Virus record (IMG/VR): IMGVR_UViG_3300017958_000032 | Span: 1-32,976 of that record | Direction: 5' to 3' (one strand) | DNA length: 32,976 nt | Source: a virus | Taxonomy: Duplodnaviria > Caudoviricetes | In this document: positions 1 to 9,700 of the stretch, in pieces | How positions within the stretch are numbered: the first letter of the stretch is position 1 | How the letters are laid out: each line of letters starts with the position of its first letter | The notes under the pieces: model-generated | What the model saw: only the letters and a program-made list of their open reading frames with translations | What the model was told of the DNA's origin: nothing | Database searches by the model: none | Position numbers and translations under genes: made by a program

Positions 1-2005
1 ATCCTACCGTTATCCACGTGCCATTAGACTGTTTTTCAACGGTCTGTTTGTATCTGTCATACACCGTTGCCTGACCACCATTACCGTATCTTGGTGCATT
101 GTAAACTCTTTCATTCCAGAATGAAACTCTCGTTCCTGTTGCATAACCAGCAAACGTCGATGTAACGTTTGACAGTGTCGTTGCGCCTGCCCAATACGGT
201 GTTGGAACTGTTGCAATTGCTGTTGCTATCGCACTGTCAACATACTGCTTTGGTGTTGCATGTAAATTTGCTGTAGGATTAGCATGCAATGTTAGGAAAC
301 CTGTCATGGTATCACCGGCAAGTGCTACTCTTGTGTTGTCAGTTATCGTAATGTTTGCAGTACCGTCAAAACTTACACCATTAATTGTTCTCGCAGTTTT
401 TAATTTAACTGCTTGTGATGATTCATAAACGTTATCAACCCATACAGGTGGTGCAGCAGTTCCTCGAGATGCAAGAACCTGATCGGGAGATCCCGCAGGG
501 AGCAGCGCGGTAGTTCCAGACGCAGTCTGGTAAGCGATAGAGCCTGCGGCTCCGCCCGCGATATTTGTAGCGGTTGTTGCAAGGGTGGCTGTATCAGCAT
601 TACCTTGTAGATCTCCTACAAAGGTATTTGCATGAACGTTGTCCCACTTTCTTCCACTCTTACCTAGATCAAGATCCTGATCCACGTTAGGAATGATTGC
701 ACCCTTGGCTCCATATCCTGCTAGATTCGAAACGTCTGGGGAAATTAAATCAACAACTGAAGTGTCAGTTCCGTCATTTGCGGTTAATTTTAAAATTCTG
801 TTTGCTGTTAGATTGGAATCACTTCCTGATGCAGCAATTGTAAGATTGCTACTTACGGTTACCAATCCATTAACATCTAATTTGTTTAGGAGTCCGACTG
901 ATTCCAATTGAGAACTAACAATGCCAGCAGCCAATGCAGTGTCAGTTAACGTTCTTGCGCTGGCAGTTACGGTAATATCTGATTGGCCGTCGAAAGGAAC
1001 ACCATTAATATTGCGTGCAGTTCTTAATTTTGTTGCACTGAATGCATTACCAGTTAGCGTTGCTCCGACAAATGTTGTTGCTTCAACTATATTAAATCTT
1101 GAAGTTCCTGTTGATGCTGTAACATTACCCGTTACATCTCCTGCTAGATTTGCTGTAATTAATCCTGCACTAAATCCTCCGGATGCATTTCTTGCGACTA
1201 TCTTACCAATGGAATTTGATGCCGTTGCATCAACGTTCCATGTTTGTTGTGTGCCGCCATCGAAATCAGTTCCAACTAGATAATCACCTGCAATCAATTT
1301 GTTTGTGGTGCTTGCCTTAACTGTAATGTTCTGCGTACCATCAAATCCAATGCCGTTGATTGTTCTAAGAGTATCAAGTGCCGTTGCTGTTGAAGCGTTT
1401 CCGTTAATGTTGCCCTTGAAATTATATGAAGTGCTTAGTGTTATTCCTGCATCAAGACTGCTAAATCCTGCAATGGCGTTTGAACTTGCTATTGTAAATG
1501 ATCCTGTTGAAATTATTCCAACAACAAGATCACTAACTGTTAATAATATTACCGGATAGGTAATTCCTGTATCCGAAATTAGCGTGGTGCTTCTTGCTCT
1601 TGTCGTTCCATACCCTTCCACTGCCTCTGGTCCAATAAACACCCATTGTGTTCCGTCCCATGTGTGCAGTGTGTTGATCGGTGTCTTGAACCAAAATGCT
1701 CCTGCTGGTGGATCTACCGGAGGTGTGGCAGAAATTGCTGCTGATCCAACTGCGACCCACTTGGTGCCATCGTATACCTTTATAACATTAGTTGTGTTAT
1801 CGAACCATAACTGTCCTGCGATAGGTCTTGCCGGTGCTGAACTGTTAGCAAAATTTTCTAAGAGGTACAGGAAGTTTTCATTTTGTGCTTCACCATAACC
1901 GATATAGTTTCTGCCTACTAGAACAAGACTAGAATCGGTATTAATGGTAGCGTCTTGTAGTGTAGTAAACGCTGTTCCATCACTCTTATTAATTACATAT
2001 GCCAT
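1..2005 (-). CDS. Tail fibre protein, paralog 3 (at least 668 aa; reaches the window edge)
   Basis: Not in the ORF track; translated by hand. ATG at 2005 follows an SD-like CAGGAG. It reads MAYVINKSDGTAFTTLQD...LVGRNYIGYGEAQNENFLYLLENFANSSAPARPIAGQLWFD and stays open to ...KQSNGTWITVG at base 2. The next base is T, possibly the start of a stop codon. The N-terminus is paralogous to the two upstream genes, and there are three RxINGxxFDG fibre repeats. Confidence 0.9.
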   Translation of the reverse strand, partial: MAYVINKSDGTAFTTLQDATINTDSSLVLVGRNYIGYGEAQNENFLYLLENFANSSAPARPIAGQLWFDNTTNVIKVYDGTKWVAVGSAAISATPPVDPPAGAFWFKTPINTLHTWDGTQWVFIGPEAVEGYGTTRARSTTLISDTGITYPVILLTVSDLVVGIISTGSFTIASSNAIAGFSSLDAGITLSTSYNFKGNINGNASTATALDTLRTINGIGFDGTQNITVKASTTNKLIAGDYLVGTDFDGGTQQTWNVDATASNSIGKIVARNASGGFSAGLITANLAGDVTGNVTASTGTSRFNIVEATTFVGATLTGNAFSATKLRTARNINGVPFDGQSDITVTASARTLTDTALAAGIVSSQLESVGLLNKLDVNGLVTVSSNLTIAASGSDSNLTANRILKLTANDGTDTSVVDLISPDVSNLAGYGAKGAIIPNVDQDLDLGKSGRKWDNVHANTFVGDLQGNADTATLATTATNIAGGAAGSIAYQTASGTTALLPAGSPDQVLASRGTAAPPVWVDNVYESSQAVKLKTARTINGVSFDGTANITITDNTRVALAGDTMTGFLTLHANPTANLHATPKQYVDSAIATAIATVPTPYWAGATTLSNVTSTFAGYATGTRVSFWNERVYNAPRYGNGGQATVYDRYKQTVEKQSNGTWITVG
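345..1395 (-). repeat. Three dispersed protein-level tail-fibre repeats
   Basis: TATALDTLRTINGIGFDGTQNITV (~1320-1395), SATKLRTARNINGVPFDGQSDITV (~970-1045) and QAVKLKTARTINGVSFDGTANITI (~345-415). Confidence 0.85.
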
Positions 2006-2024
2006 TTAACGCTCCTGTTCATCC

Positions 2025-3920
2025 TTATGGTAATACTACCTCAGAAACATAACTCCATGCTCCTGCCAACAACTGGAATGTTTTAATGATTCTAGTTGTT
2101 GTAATGGTAGGTGCAGAAATTGTTGCTGATGAAAACGCAACATTTGTGATTGCGTATGCTGTTCCCGTAGGTGTATCAAATTCTGCTGTGGTTTCGCTTA
2201 ACAACGGATTAATATTCAAACTCGTAGTTGAATTTGAAAGTGTTGTACATAATATTCTTGCTATGGTACCGTTTCTGTATTCTGCCGGCGGAGCCAATGC
2301 TGCTAAAATGCTTGAGGCAATGTAACTGTTTGGCTTACCATCCGATAGGTCCATGGAGAATGCAAGGCTTCTCGATTCAAGTACATTATCAACATATTCT
2401 TTCGTTGCCGCATCCTGCAATCCCGTAGGATCTGCTAGTCCTGTAATTTTTGGACTGCCAATCAGTGCAATGTTACCCGTTCCGTCCGGTGCTAGTTCCA
2501 AATCACTATTTGAAATCAATGTTGTAATTCTAGGCTTACCACTACCGCTGTCAGTTTCTAATTTCATGTCAGCAGTTGGAGGTGTGGCACCAATGTTAAC
2601 AACGTTCTGTGTACCAAATGATGTAACGCCCGGAATACTTGTAATTCCAGTTCCTAGGCTAGTACCATCGAGAACAGTTACTCCATTAATCTTAAATGCC
2701 TTGCCGGTAGCAAGATTAATGTGTTCCGATGATGTCCATGATTGTGCTGCCAGTGTCGGTGTTCTTGATGTTGCTGCTAATCCTAGATTTGACCAAAGCA
2801 ACACGTGATCAACGTTTCCTGCCGGACCTTTAAGAACTATACCGCCGCCGTCGGCAACAGTATCCGAGTTAGTTGCGACATCACCTGTTTGTGCTAATTC
2901 AATTTGTTTGTTTTCAACTACTAAATTTTGTGTGTTAAGACTGAGAATGTCACCATCCTCAATTGTCAACTGACCTCTAATCGTTGTGTTACCTTTTATC
3001 TCGACATCGCCGCCCATGACAACTTCGCTTCCTGAGAATCCGTCATAAAGGCTAATTTTTCTATCCGCTGCATCTATGATAATTGCTTCTTCCTGAACAA
3101 TACCCTTTCTTACATTAATTGTAAGAGTCTTATCAGATGCTGAGTTTGAGAAAAATACATTACCATTGCTATCAACTGTAAGGTTACCTTGGTCACCTGC
3201 GCCGAACACAATACCTAGGTCGGAGTTAATTCTAATCTGTCCCGCAAACTGGTTTGACGTATCTCTTCTTGCATATGTTGTTGCATCAACTGCTCCTAAC
3301 TTTTCCGAGTTAGTAGCGGTAACGTCAAATTTCATTCCCGATAATGTTCCTTGATTGAATCCAGGCTGTATGCTTCCAGTAAATCCTTCTATTGCATTCT
3401 TAGGTGTAAATGCATCCTTACTAAAGATTCCAAGTAAAACTCCGTTGTTATATAATAATGTAATAACACGAGTTTGGTTCAATGAGTCAAGAATGCTTGA
3501 AACTCTAAATCCACTGATGCCCTGTGTTTCCGAATAATCAGGTCCTAACAAAATTGTAGTAGTACCATCAAAGAAGTATAGTTGTTTCTGCGTATCGTTA
3601 AACCAAAGGTCACCAACACCCAATGTTGTAGGCTGCGTGTTTGAAATTGTTGCAGAACTGACAGGTACGAATGCAGTTCCACTGTAAACTTTTAATTTGT
3701 TTTCGGTGCCATCAAACCATATCTGTCCTTTAATAGGATTTGTCGGCTGTGTGGTGCTCGAAAAGTTTTCAAGTAACTTGATAAAATTTTCATTAAGTGC
3801 TTCACCAAACCCGCTATAGTTCTTACCAATAAGCGTAATGTCTGTGGAAATAGTATCCACCTGGCCATCTGCTACTGTTGCTACAATTGTTCCATCTGTT
3901 TTATTAATTTGATAAGCCAT
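2025..3920 (-). CDS. Tail fibre / virion fibre protein, paralog 2 (631 aa)
   Basis: Shares the N-terminal domain MAYQINKTDGT...GKNYSGFGEALNENFIKLLENF...GQIWFD. G/T/S-rich beta-type body, with a fibre-type DPTGLQDAATKEYVD motif. Lies inside the structural operon. Confidence 0.85.
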   Translation of the reverse strand: MAYQINKTDGTIVATVADGQVDTISTDITLIGKNYSGFGEALNENFIKLLENFSSTTQPTNPIKGQIWFDGTENKLKVYSGTAFVPVSSATISNTQPTTLGVGDLWFNDTQKQLYFFDGTTTILLGPDYSETQGISGFRVSSILDSLNQTRVITLLYNNGVLLGIFSKDAFTPKNAIEGFTGSIQPGFNQGTLSGMKFDVTATNSEKLGAVDATTYARRDTSNQFAGQIRINSDLGIVFGAGDQGNLTVDSNGNVFFSNSASDKTLTINVRKGIVQEEAIIIDAADRKISLYDGFSGSEVVMGGDVEIKGNTTIRGQLTIEDGDILSLNTQNLVVENKQIELAQTGDVATNSDTVADGGGIVLKGPAGNVDHVLLWSNLGLAATSRTPTLAAQSWTSSEHINLATGKAFKINGVTVLDGTSLGTGITSIPGVTSFGTQNVVNIGATPPTADMKLETDSGSGKPRITTLISNSDLELAPDGTGNIALIGSPKITGLADPTGLQDAATKEYVDNVLESRSLAFSMDLSDGKPNSYIASSILAALAPPAEYRNGTIARILCTTLSNSTTSLNINPLLSETTAEFDTPTGTAYAITNVAFSSATISAPTITTTRIIKTFQLLAGAWSYVSEVVLP

Positions 3921-3923
3921 CTA

Positions 3924-6071
3924 TTACGTTCCTATTGTTTCGAATGCAGGTGGTCCTGATCTAATAATATAATTTATTGTTAAGTAAGGATTCATTATAC
4001 CAACCGCAGAACCTAAAACAGTACCTGAAGGTTTCTTAATACCTCCTGTATCTGGTAGGTATTGTGCCTCACCTGGGTTATTTGGTCCATTGTTTGATAC
4101 TGAACTAATTGTCGGAGCAGTATCAACTCTAACTGCATAAAACTGTTCTCCATCACCTTGTAATGTGTGAGAGTGTTCCGGCAGGTTAGATAATGTTAAT
4201 GTAACAGAACTTGATCCGCTTGACGCTGCTAATGTCTCTGGTTCTGTTCCTGAAATTCTTGCTGGAACTGGTGAGCCACCGCCGTTATCAACCGAGCCAC
4301 CAACGTCATTAGGAACATTAATATTATTATCCATATTATGTTTACCTAATGCAAACCTACCTCTCAAATCTGGAACTCTAAATGTCTTACCTGCGGCACC
4401 ATTAAGTGCAGCACTACCATTATATCTTGTTCCTATAACATCATATAGAGTTCTAAATTTTGCAATTTCAACTTCGCCGCCATCACATAATAGATAACCA
4501 TATGGTGCTGTTGGTCCTGAGTAAGGTAATATTGCTCCGATAGGAACTCCTAAATCTCCAATAAATGTATCACGTGTTTGTTTTAAAAGACCAACTGATG
4601 TACTAGATCTTTCAGGATTGGCTCTGTAAACAAGTATTTGATCCTGTCCTGCTGATCTATTAGGTAACGGTGAACTCTTACTTGTAATGATATTCGCAGT
4701 TAATTGTGTGTTGAAAACTTTTGCATCACCGATACCATCAAAAGTAAATCCGCTAGAAACAACGTCTCCAGCCATTGTAAAGTTAGTAACGTTTCTAAGG
4801 TTAGTCGCTGTATTTGCATTACCAGTAATGTTACCACTAATTGTACCTTGAATCTCGTCAGCAATAACTGTTTTTGCTCTAATGTTATTCCATCTTAGTG
4901 CAGTTGATCCTAGATCATAAGTTTCATTTGCTGTGGGTAAAATATTTTTTGTATTTGTAGCACCGTCAACATTAAGATTTTGTCCTACTCTAACACTCTT
5001 CTTAATTGCGGCTCCGCCGTCTGTTCTAATGCTACCTGTGTTTAAATTAATAGTTTCAGTTGTGTTGGTTACTATTAAGGAACCAGTAAGTCCGATATCA
5101 CCATCAACATCCAACTCGCTGTTAGGAGCAGCCACGTTAATTCCGACCTTGTCATCTAGAATTCTTAAAATTGTATCAGGAATACCATTTCTGTTTACCT
5201 GTAAGTCTAATGAGCTACCAGCAGCACTGTTATAAATTTTTGCTGAAGTTGCTGATGTTGTTAATTGGAAATTTCCATCAAGACCGATTGTTAAACCTTG
5301 ATTGTTTCTAATGTTGAAACCAAATTCTGTTGTGTTAGTTACATCACTTCTTAAAAATTTAGCAGCAGCAATTTCTACTCCACCAATGTTTAATGCATCC
5401 GCATTTGAAGCGGTACCGATTAACTTAGGTAATTCTCCTCCTAAGAATATCGATTCAAATTCTAACTGTTCACTTGCATTTGCAGGAGTCGCAATATTTA
5501 ATCCTGATTTAATCTGATCAAATCCTTTGATCTCAATTTTAGGAGTAAACGTATCTCTGGAAAGTATTGCTACAGGAGTGTCAGCAATATAAAATGTTAA
5601 AACGTTTCTATCAAAGTTATCCTGGTCAACGATCTTTTCAATTGCAGGACCATATCTTTTACCGTCAATTGCACTTTCGCTTGGACCTACTAGTAGCCAT
5701 CTTGATCCTGTATAAATTCTTAATTGTTGATTAGTAGTATCAACCCACAATTCACCAACCTTTGAATTTGCGACCGACGGTTCTGTTGGACCTTTCTGAA
5801 TGTTCGATGCTGCTTTCCAGTTTGTGTTATCGTATAACTGTAAAACACCATTTGTAGTATCGTACCACAATTGGCCTTCCACAGGATTAACTGGTTGGCT
5901 TGCTGAAGCAAAATTTTCTAAAAGACTTAAAAAGTTTTCAGCGATAATTTGTCCATACCCAGTAACGTTACGCCCTGGAAAAGTTAAACTAGTATCCTGA
6001 CTTGACGTATTATCGAAAACGGTAATAGGCGACTTGTTTTCGCTGTCTGTAAAATTTACAATATATGGCAT
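3924..6071 (-). CDS. Tail fibre protein with phage tail-collar domain, paralog 1 (715 aa)
   Basis: Shares the N-terminal domain (ENFLSLLENF...GQLWYD). Tail-collar motif VPIGAILPYSGPTAPYGYLLCDG...LYDVIGTRY...FRVPDLRGRFALG at ~4343-4550. C-terminal LTLSNLPEHSH...MNPYLTINYII is typical of collar-containing fibres. Confidence 0.9.
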   Translation of the reverse strand: MPYIVNFTDSENKSPITVFDNTSSQDTSLTFPGRNVTGYGQIIAENFLSLLENFASASQPVNPVEGQLWYDTTNGVLQLYDNTNWKAASNIQKGPTEPSVANSKVGELWVDTTNQQLRIYTGSRWLLVGPSESAIDGKRYGPAIEKIVDQDNFDRNVLTFYIADTPVAILSRDTFTPKIEIKGFDQIKSGLNIATPANASEQLEFESIFLGGELPKLIGTASNADALNIGGVEIAAAKFLRSDVTNTTEFGFNIRNNQGLTIGLDGNFQLTTSATSAKIYNSAAGSSLDLQVNRNGIPDTILRILDDKVGINVAAPNSELDVDGDIGLTGSLIVTNTTETINLNTGSIRTDGGAAIKKSVRVGQNLNVDGATNTKNILPTANETYDLGSTALRWNNIRAKTVIADEIQGTISGNITGNANTATNLRNVTNFTMAGDVVSSGFTFDGIGDAKVFNTQLTANIITSKSSPLPNRSAGQDQILVYRANPERSSTSVGLLKQTRDTFIGDLGVPIGAILPYSGPTAPYGYLLCDGGEVEIAKFRTLYDVIGTRYNGSAALNGAAGKTFRVPDLRGRFALGKHNMDNNINVPNDVGGSVDNGGGSPVPARISGTEPETLAASSGSSSVTLTLSNLPEHSHTLQGDGEQFYAVRVDTAPTISSVSNNGPNNPGEAQYLPDTGGIKKPSGTVLGSAVGIMNPYLTINYIIRSGPPAFETIGT

Positions 6072-6074
6072 CTA

Positions 6075-6743
6075 TTACCCCTCGTTAAAACCTGTTAAAC
6101 TTTGAACTCGTATCGTATAATCAATTTGTAGTAGCCTGTTCAAGGATTTTTGCACAGGATGGAAAATTACGTGTGTTAATAATTTGCCGTCTCCGTTAGG
6201 ATTATATGATTTTAAGCCTAATTCGTCAAAAACAAAGTTACCATCTAGATTTACACTATTATCAAATGCTTCCTGATCGTCCGGTTCACCATAATCTAGC
6301 AAACAACTTACAACGATATCACTGTATGTTGCTCCACTAACGTGCCTAATTTCCATTTTATTTCTAGTTGGATCAACGTTTGTTGTTGCATTTTGATCAA
6401 TAACTTTTTTATATGTTTGATTGTATAAACTTGAATTAATACCAACTGTGTTTGGAGTAAGATACGTGATTAAACCTGTAGGATCAACTGTCGTACCTCC
6501 TGATCCAAACGCCATTTCATAAAGTGTTCCTAATCCCTGATTTGACAGTGATTGCACCATAGCAACGCTCATATTCTCATAGTGAATAGCATTACGCTTA
6601 TCCTGGAAAACTTCTCCAGTTTCTGGGTCAAAAATCTTAATGTGTCCTTCAAAATGAAACCCTCCGGTCTCATTTACAGCAGGTTTAGGTATCTGTTTAT
6701 CTTGCATGTTTTCCTTTGGCATATCTTTCTCTTCACGTTTCAT
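6075..6743 (-). CDS. Virion structural protein, possible fibre-attachment/baseplate protein (~222 aa)
   Basis: The track start (6812) overlaps the giant gene, so ATG 6743 (or 6722) is more plausible. The pattern MAFGSGG...FVFDELGL...LLTHVIFHPVQK...IDYTIRV resembles the N-terminal attachment domain of P2 gpH-type fibres (inference). It lies between the wedge and fibre genes. Confidence 0.7.
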   Translation of the reverse strand: MKREEKDMPKENMQDKQIPKPAVNETGGFHFEGHIKIFDPETGEVFQDKRNAIHYENMSVAMVQSLSNQGLGTLYEMAFGSGGTTVDPTGLITYLTPNTVGINSSLYNQTYKKVIDQNATTNVDPTRNKMEIRHVSGATYSDIVVSCLLDYGEPDDQEAFDNSVNLDGNFVFDELGLKSYNPNGDGKLLTHVIFHPVQKSLNRLLQIDYTIRVQSLTGFNEG

Positions 6744-6747
6744 AGTG

Positions 6748-6755
6748 TATTTATT
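6748..6755 (-). promoter_or_regulatory. Putative T4-type late promoter AATAAATA
   Basis: The minus strand reads GAATAAATACACTATG. The motif overlaps the giant gene's TAA and ends 4 nt before ATG 6743. The T4 late consensus is TATAAATA. Confidence 0.6.
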
Positions 6756-9700
6756 CAGGTAACTTGGTACTCTTGGCAGCAATGAACTTACTAATTGGAG
6801 TATTGTTAGCAAGTAGCGTTACTCCAGCACTAGCAGTGTTTGTGCCTCTATCATACCATGCTTGTCCTGTCCTTTTTATCACAGTTATTCTAGTTCCAGC
6901 ACTCGCAGGAACGGTTAATCTAATGTATGGATCAGTTCCATTTACTGAAAATTCCGCTTCCAATTCTTTATCTCCGCTTGGGCTTGTTGCTCCAATTGAC
7001 TCGTCAAACACCGTAAGAGGTGTTTTTCTAAGTCTTTTTCCGCCCACAAACACTTCAACTATATCGCATCTACCATAATCCGATGGAATACTAGTGGCAC
7101 TCCATGTACCTGTTGTGGACTTGTTTGGAACAAAATCCAGGGGTCCGATCAATAAACTACTTCCATCACTAACAAAATCGGTTCTATCCTGTGTTTCTGA
7201 ATACGGTAAGACCTCCTGTGGTCCTAAATCTACTACCGGATCATCAATGCTGTGTAGTTCCCTAATCGATGTTCCTTGTACACCACGTCTTAGTTGTCCG
7301 AGGACATTCCCGGTGAGTGTCATATACTCAATTTTTTCTCCATTTATTTCAACAACTCCTGGAATATTTCTGTTTCTTATTGGTTGATATAAATTAGTAG
7401 CACTCGTTACCTCAATTGTTTGATCGTAGTAATTTAAATTCTTAGCAAGTTTAACTTCATTTTTGCTATAACGATTGTATCTATAAACATTTAACATGTC
7501 CTTATTAATTTCATAAGCACTAGGTAATCTGTAAATGTCAGCACCAAATGTGGTAATGCTAATCGTATCAGCATCCGTGTTTGCTGTTTCAAGGTATACA
7601 ACTCCTCTAGGCAATGACACGTGATAATCAATATCCTGTATTAGTTTAATACCATTCTTGTAAACCCAAACATAATCAACTCCTAAAGGAACAAATGGTA
7701 GTTGATAATTGACCTTTCCGCCAACAGTAACATCGCTTACTATCTTCATGCTAGGATATTCATTAAACCAAGTAATAACAATTTCATCACCGCTAGTTAA
7801 AGAAACACCATCTGAAATTACAATATCGCCGTTGCTAATCGAGTATTCACTTCTTAAATCGTTTTCAATTTTAATTACATCGCCTGTGTTAAGAAGACCT
7901 GCTGTAAATGTTAATACTTTCGATGTACCATCGTAAACATAATCTTGAATAAATGTTTTTCTTTGACCATTAACAAAGACTTTTATGTTTGCAGAAAGAA
8001 TTGCACCTGCAGATTCGTTAGGATCTTGTCCTAGCGTATAAGAATTAGTTGTTCCGTCATATATTTCGTATAGAGTATCAGGTCCTTTTAATTTAACATC
8101 ATTAACTTCAACAATCATTGAAGACAAAGAACTCTCTCTTGTTAATTCAACAAAATTATCTAGATTATAATTTCTATCAACTCCGTTGTAGATTGTTGTT
8201 TGCTTATTCACTCTTATAATTGATAAATTGCTAGAATCAACGTCTGTTGAAGAACCTATTGAAATAATTTTGATTATAGAATTTACAGAAGGAACATTTC
8301 CAAACTGTACCAATGTTCTTCCAACAGTATCTACAACTCCGGTACTATTTGTAAACTGTACATCTGTTTCAGCACCGTTAACTGTAACGAACACATTGCT
8401 TGTTAATTCATAAGAAGCATTTGTTAAGAATAAACCTGTCTCACCATCTGCTACAAATTCTTGATAGTCTAACAACGAAACTCCGCCTAGTCCTATAGAA
8501 ATAATTTCAATCTTCTTATCAGCATCAGGTGCCGTAATAAATTCTACAGTTCTATCCCCTACTATATCATAATCTGTTCCTAGTTCTTTTCTAATTCCGT
8601 CAACATAAACTATCACAGATTTCTCTTCAAAAACTTTCTGTCCGGTATCGAATATCGTTGTTGATCCGTCCGAAATAATAACTTTTGATTGTATCGGAGC
8701 AACACCGTCATTGGTTGTTTGATAAACTTTAATGCTAAGACTATCTAGTACCTGTCCAGGAATGTTTTCTTCTGTTGCAGGAACTTGATCGGGTCCTATA
8801 AATCTTCCGCCTTCGATTTTTATTTCTTCTGCTGAAATTCCTGAAGCAGTTATGTATGCTTGATCGATTGCCGATAAAGTTCCGCCACTTATATTTGTAT
8901 CAACAATGTTAGGATCAGTAATTGTTACACTACCATCACTTTCCTGAGGTCTAAATATTAAAATATCACCGTCATTGGTTGTGATGTATCTTCCTATTTC
9001 AACAACACTCGTTGAACCGTCACCAATAAATGTTGGCATTTGTGCATGTGGATTGGTTTGAACAGAACTATCCCAAGCATCTGTATAATTAGGATCATCA
9101 ATTCTTTGTACAGGAGGATTTGCAACAGACTCACTATACTGTAAGTTATCAATGGTTGGAAGTCTACTTTCGCCAGCACGCTTCAAGTAGATGTTAATTG
9201 ATGTTCCGCTTGCTGGAACGTATGGAAGTGTTACTTCATTTGTGCTTCCGTCACATACAACGTAGTAATCTGCTGCTGACTCAACACTATCCCAACTGTC
9301 AGTAAACCAAGGAAGTGCGTCCCAACCTCCAGTTACATCAAATGTGGTTCCTTGAATCTGAACACCTCCGAAGTCAACTCCGGTCATTAATTGACTCAAG
9401 TCATCTCCTTTCATTCCTTCTACCGGAGCATAGTATTTGTTAATTCTATTAACTGCGTCAAATAATTCATCATTCTTTTCATAGGTTACTTTTATAACAT
9501 CGCCAACGTCCGGTGCAACATTGAAAACAATTCTTCCTCTAAGAATATTAAAGTCCTCTGTACTATTTTTATAAAGACTAATAGTATAATCACTTCCTAA
9601 AACAACGCCGTTGTTTTTAGTAATAGTAATTTTTGACTTATCTCTGGTAGGAGCATATTTTAATTCAAATCTTGCTGTCTGCCCATTTGCTGTAAATGTT

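Noticed and set aside
10-1760. Short minus-strand ORFs 10-216, 400-600 and 1533-1760
   Set aside because: They are out-of-frame overlaps of the real 1-2005 fibre gene.
1-6071. DGR or invertase-driven fibre switching
   Set aside because: No reverse transcriptase, recombinase, template repeat or inverted crossover sites are visible. The repeats are diverged and only evident at protein level. Elements outside the window cannot be excluded.
6744-6812. Track's extended start for the 245-aa ORF
   Set aside because: It overlaps the giant gene and lies upstream of the putative late promoter. ATG 6743 or 6722 is more plausible.
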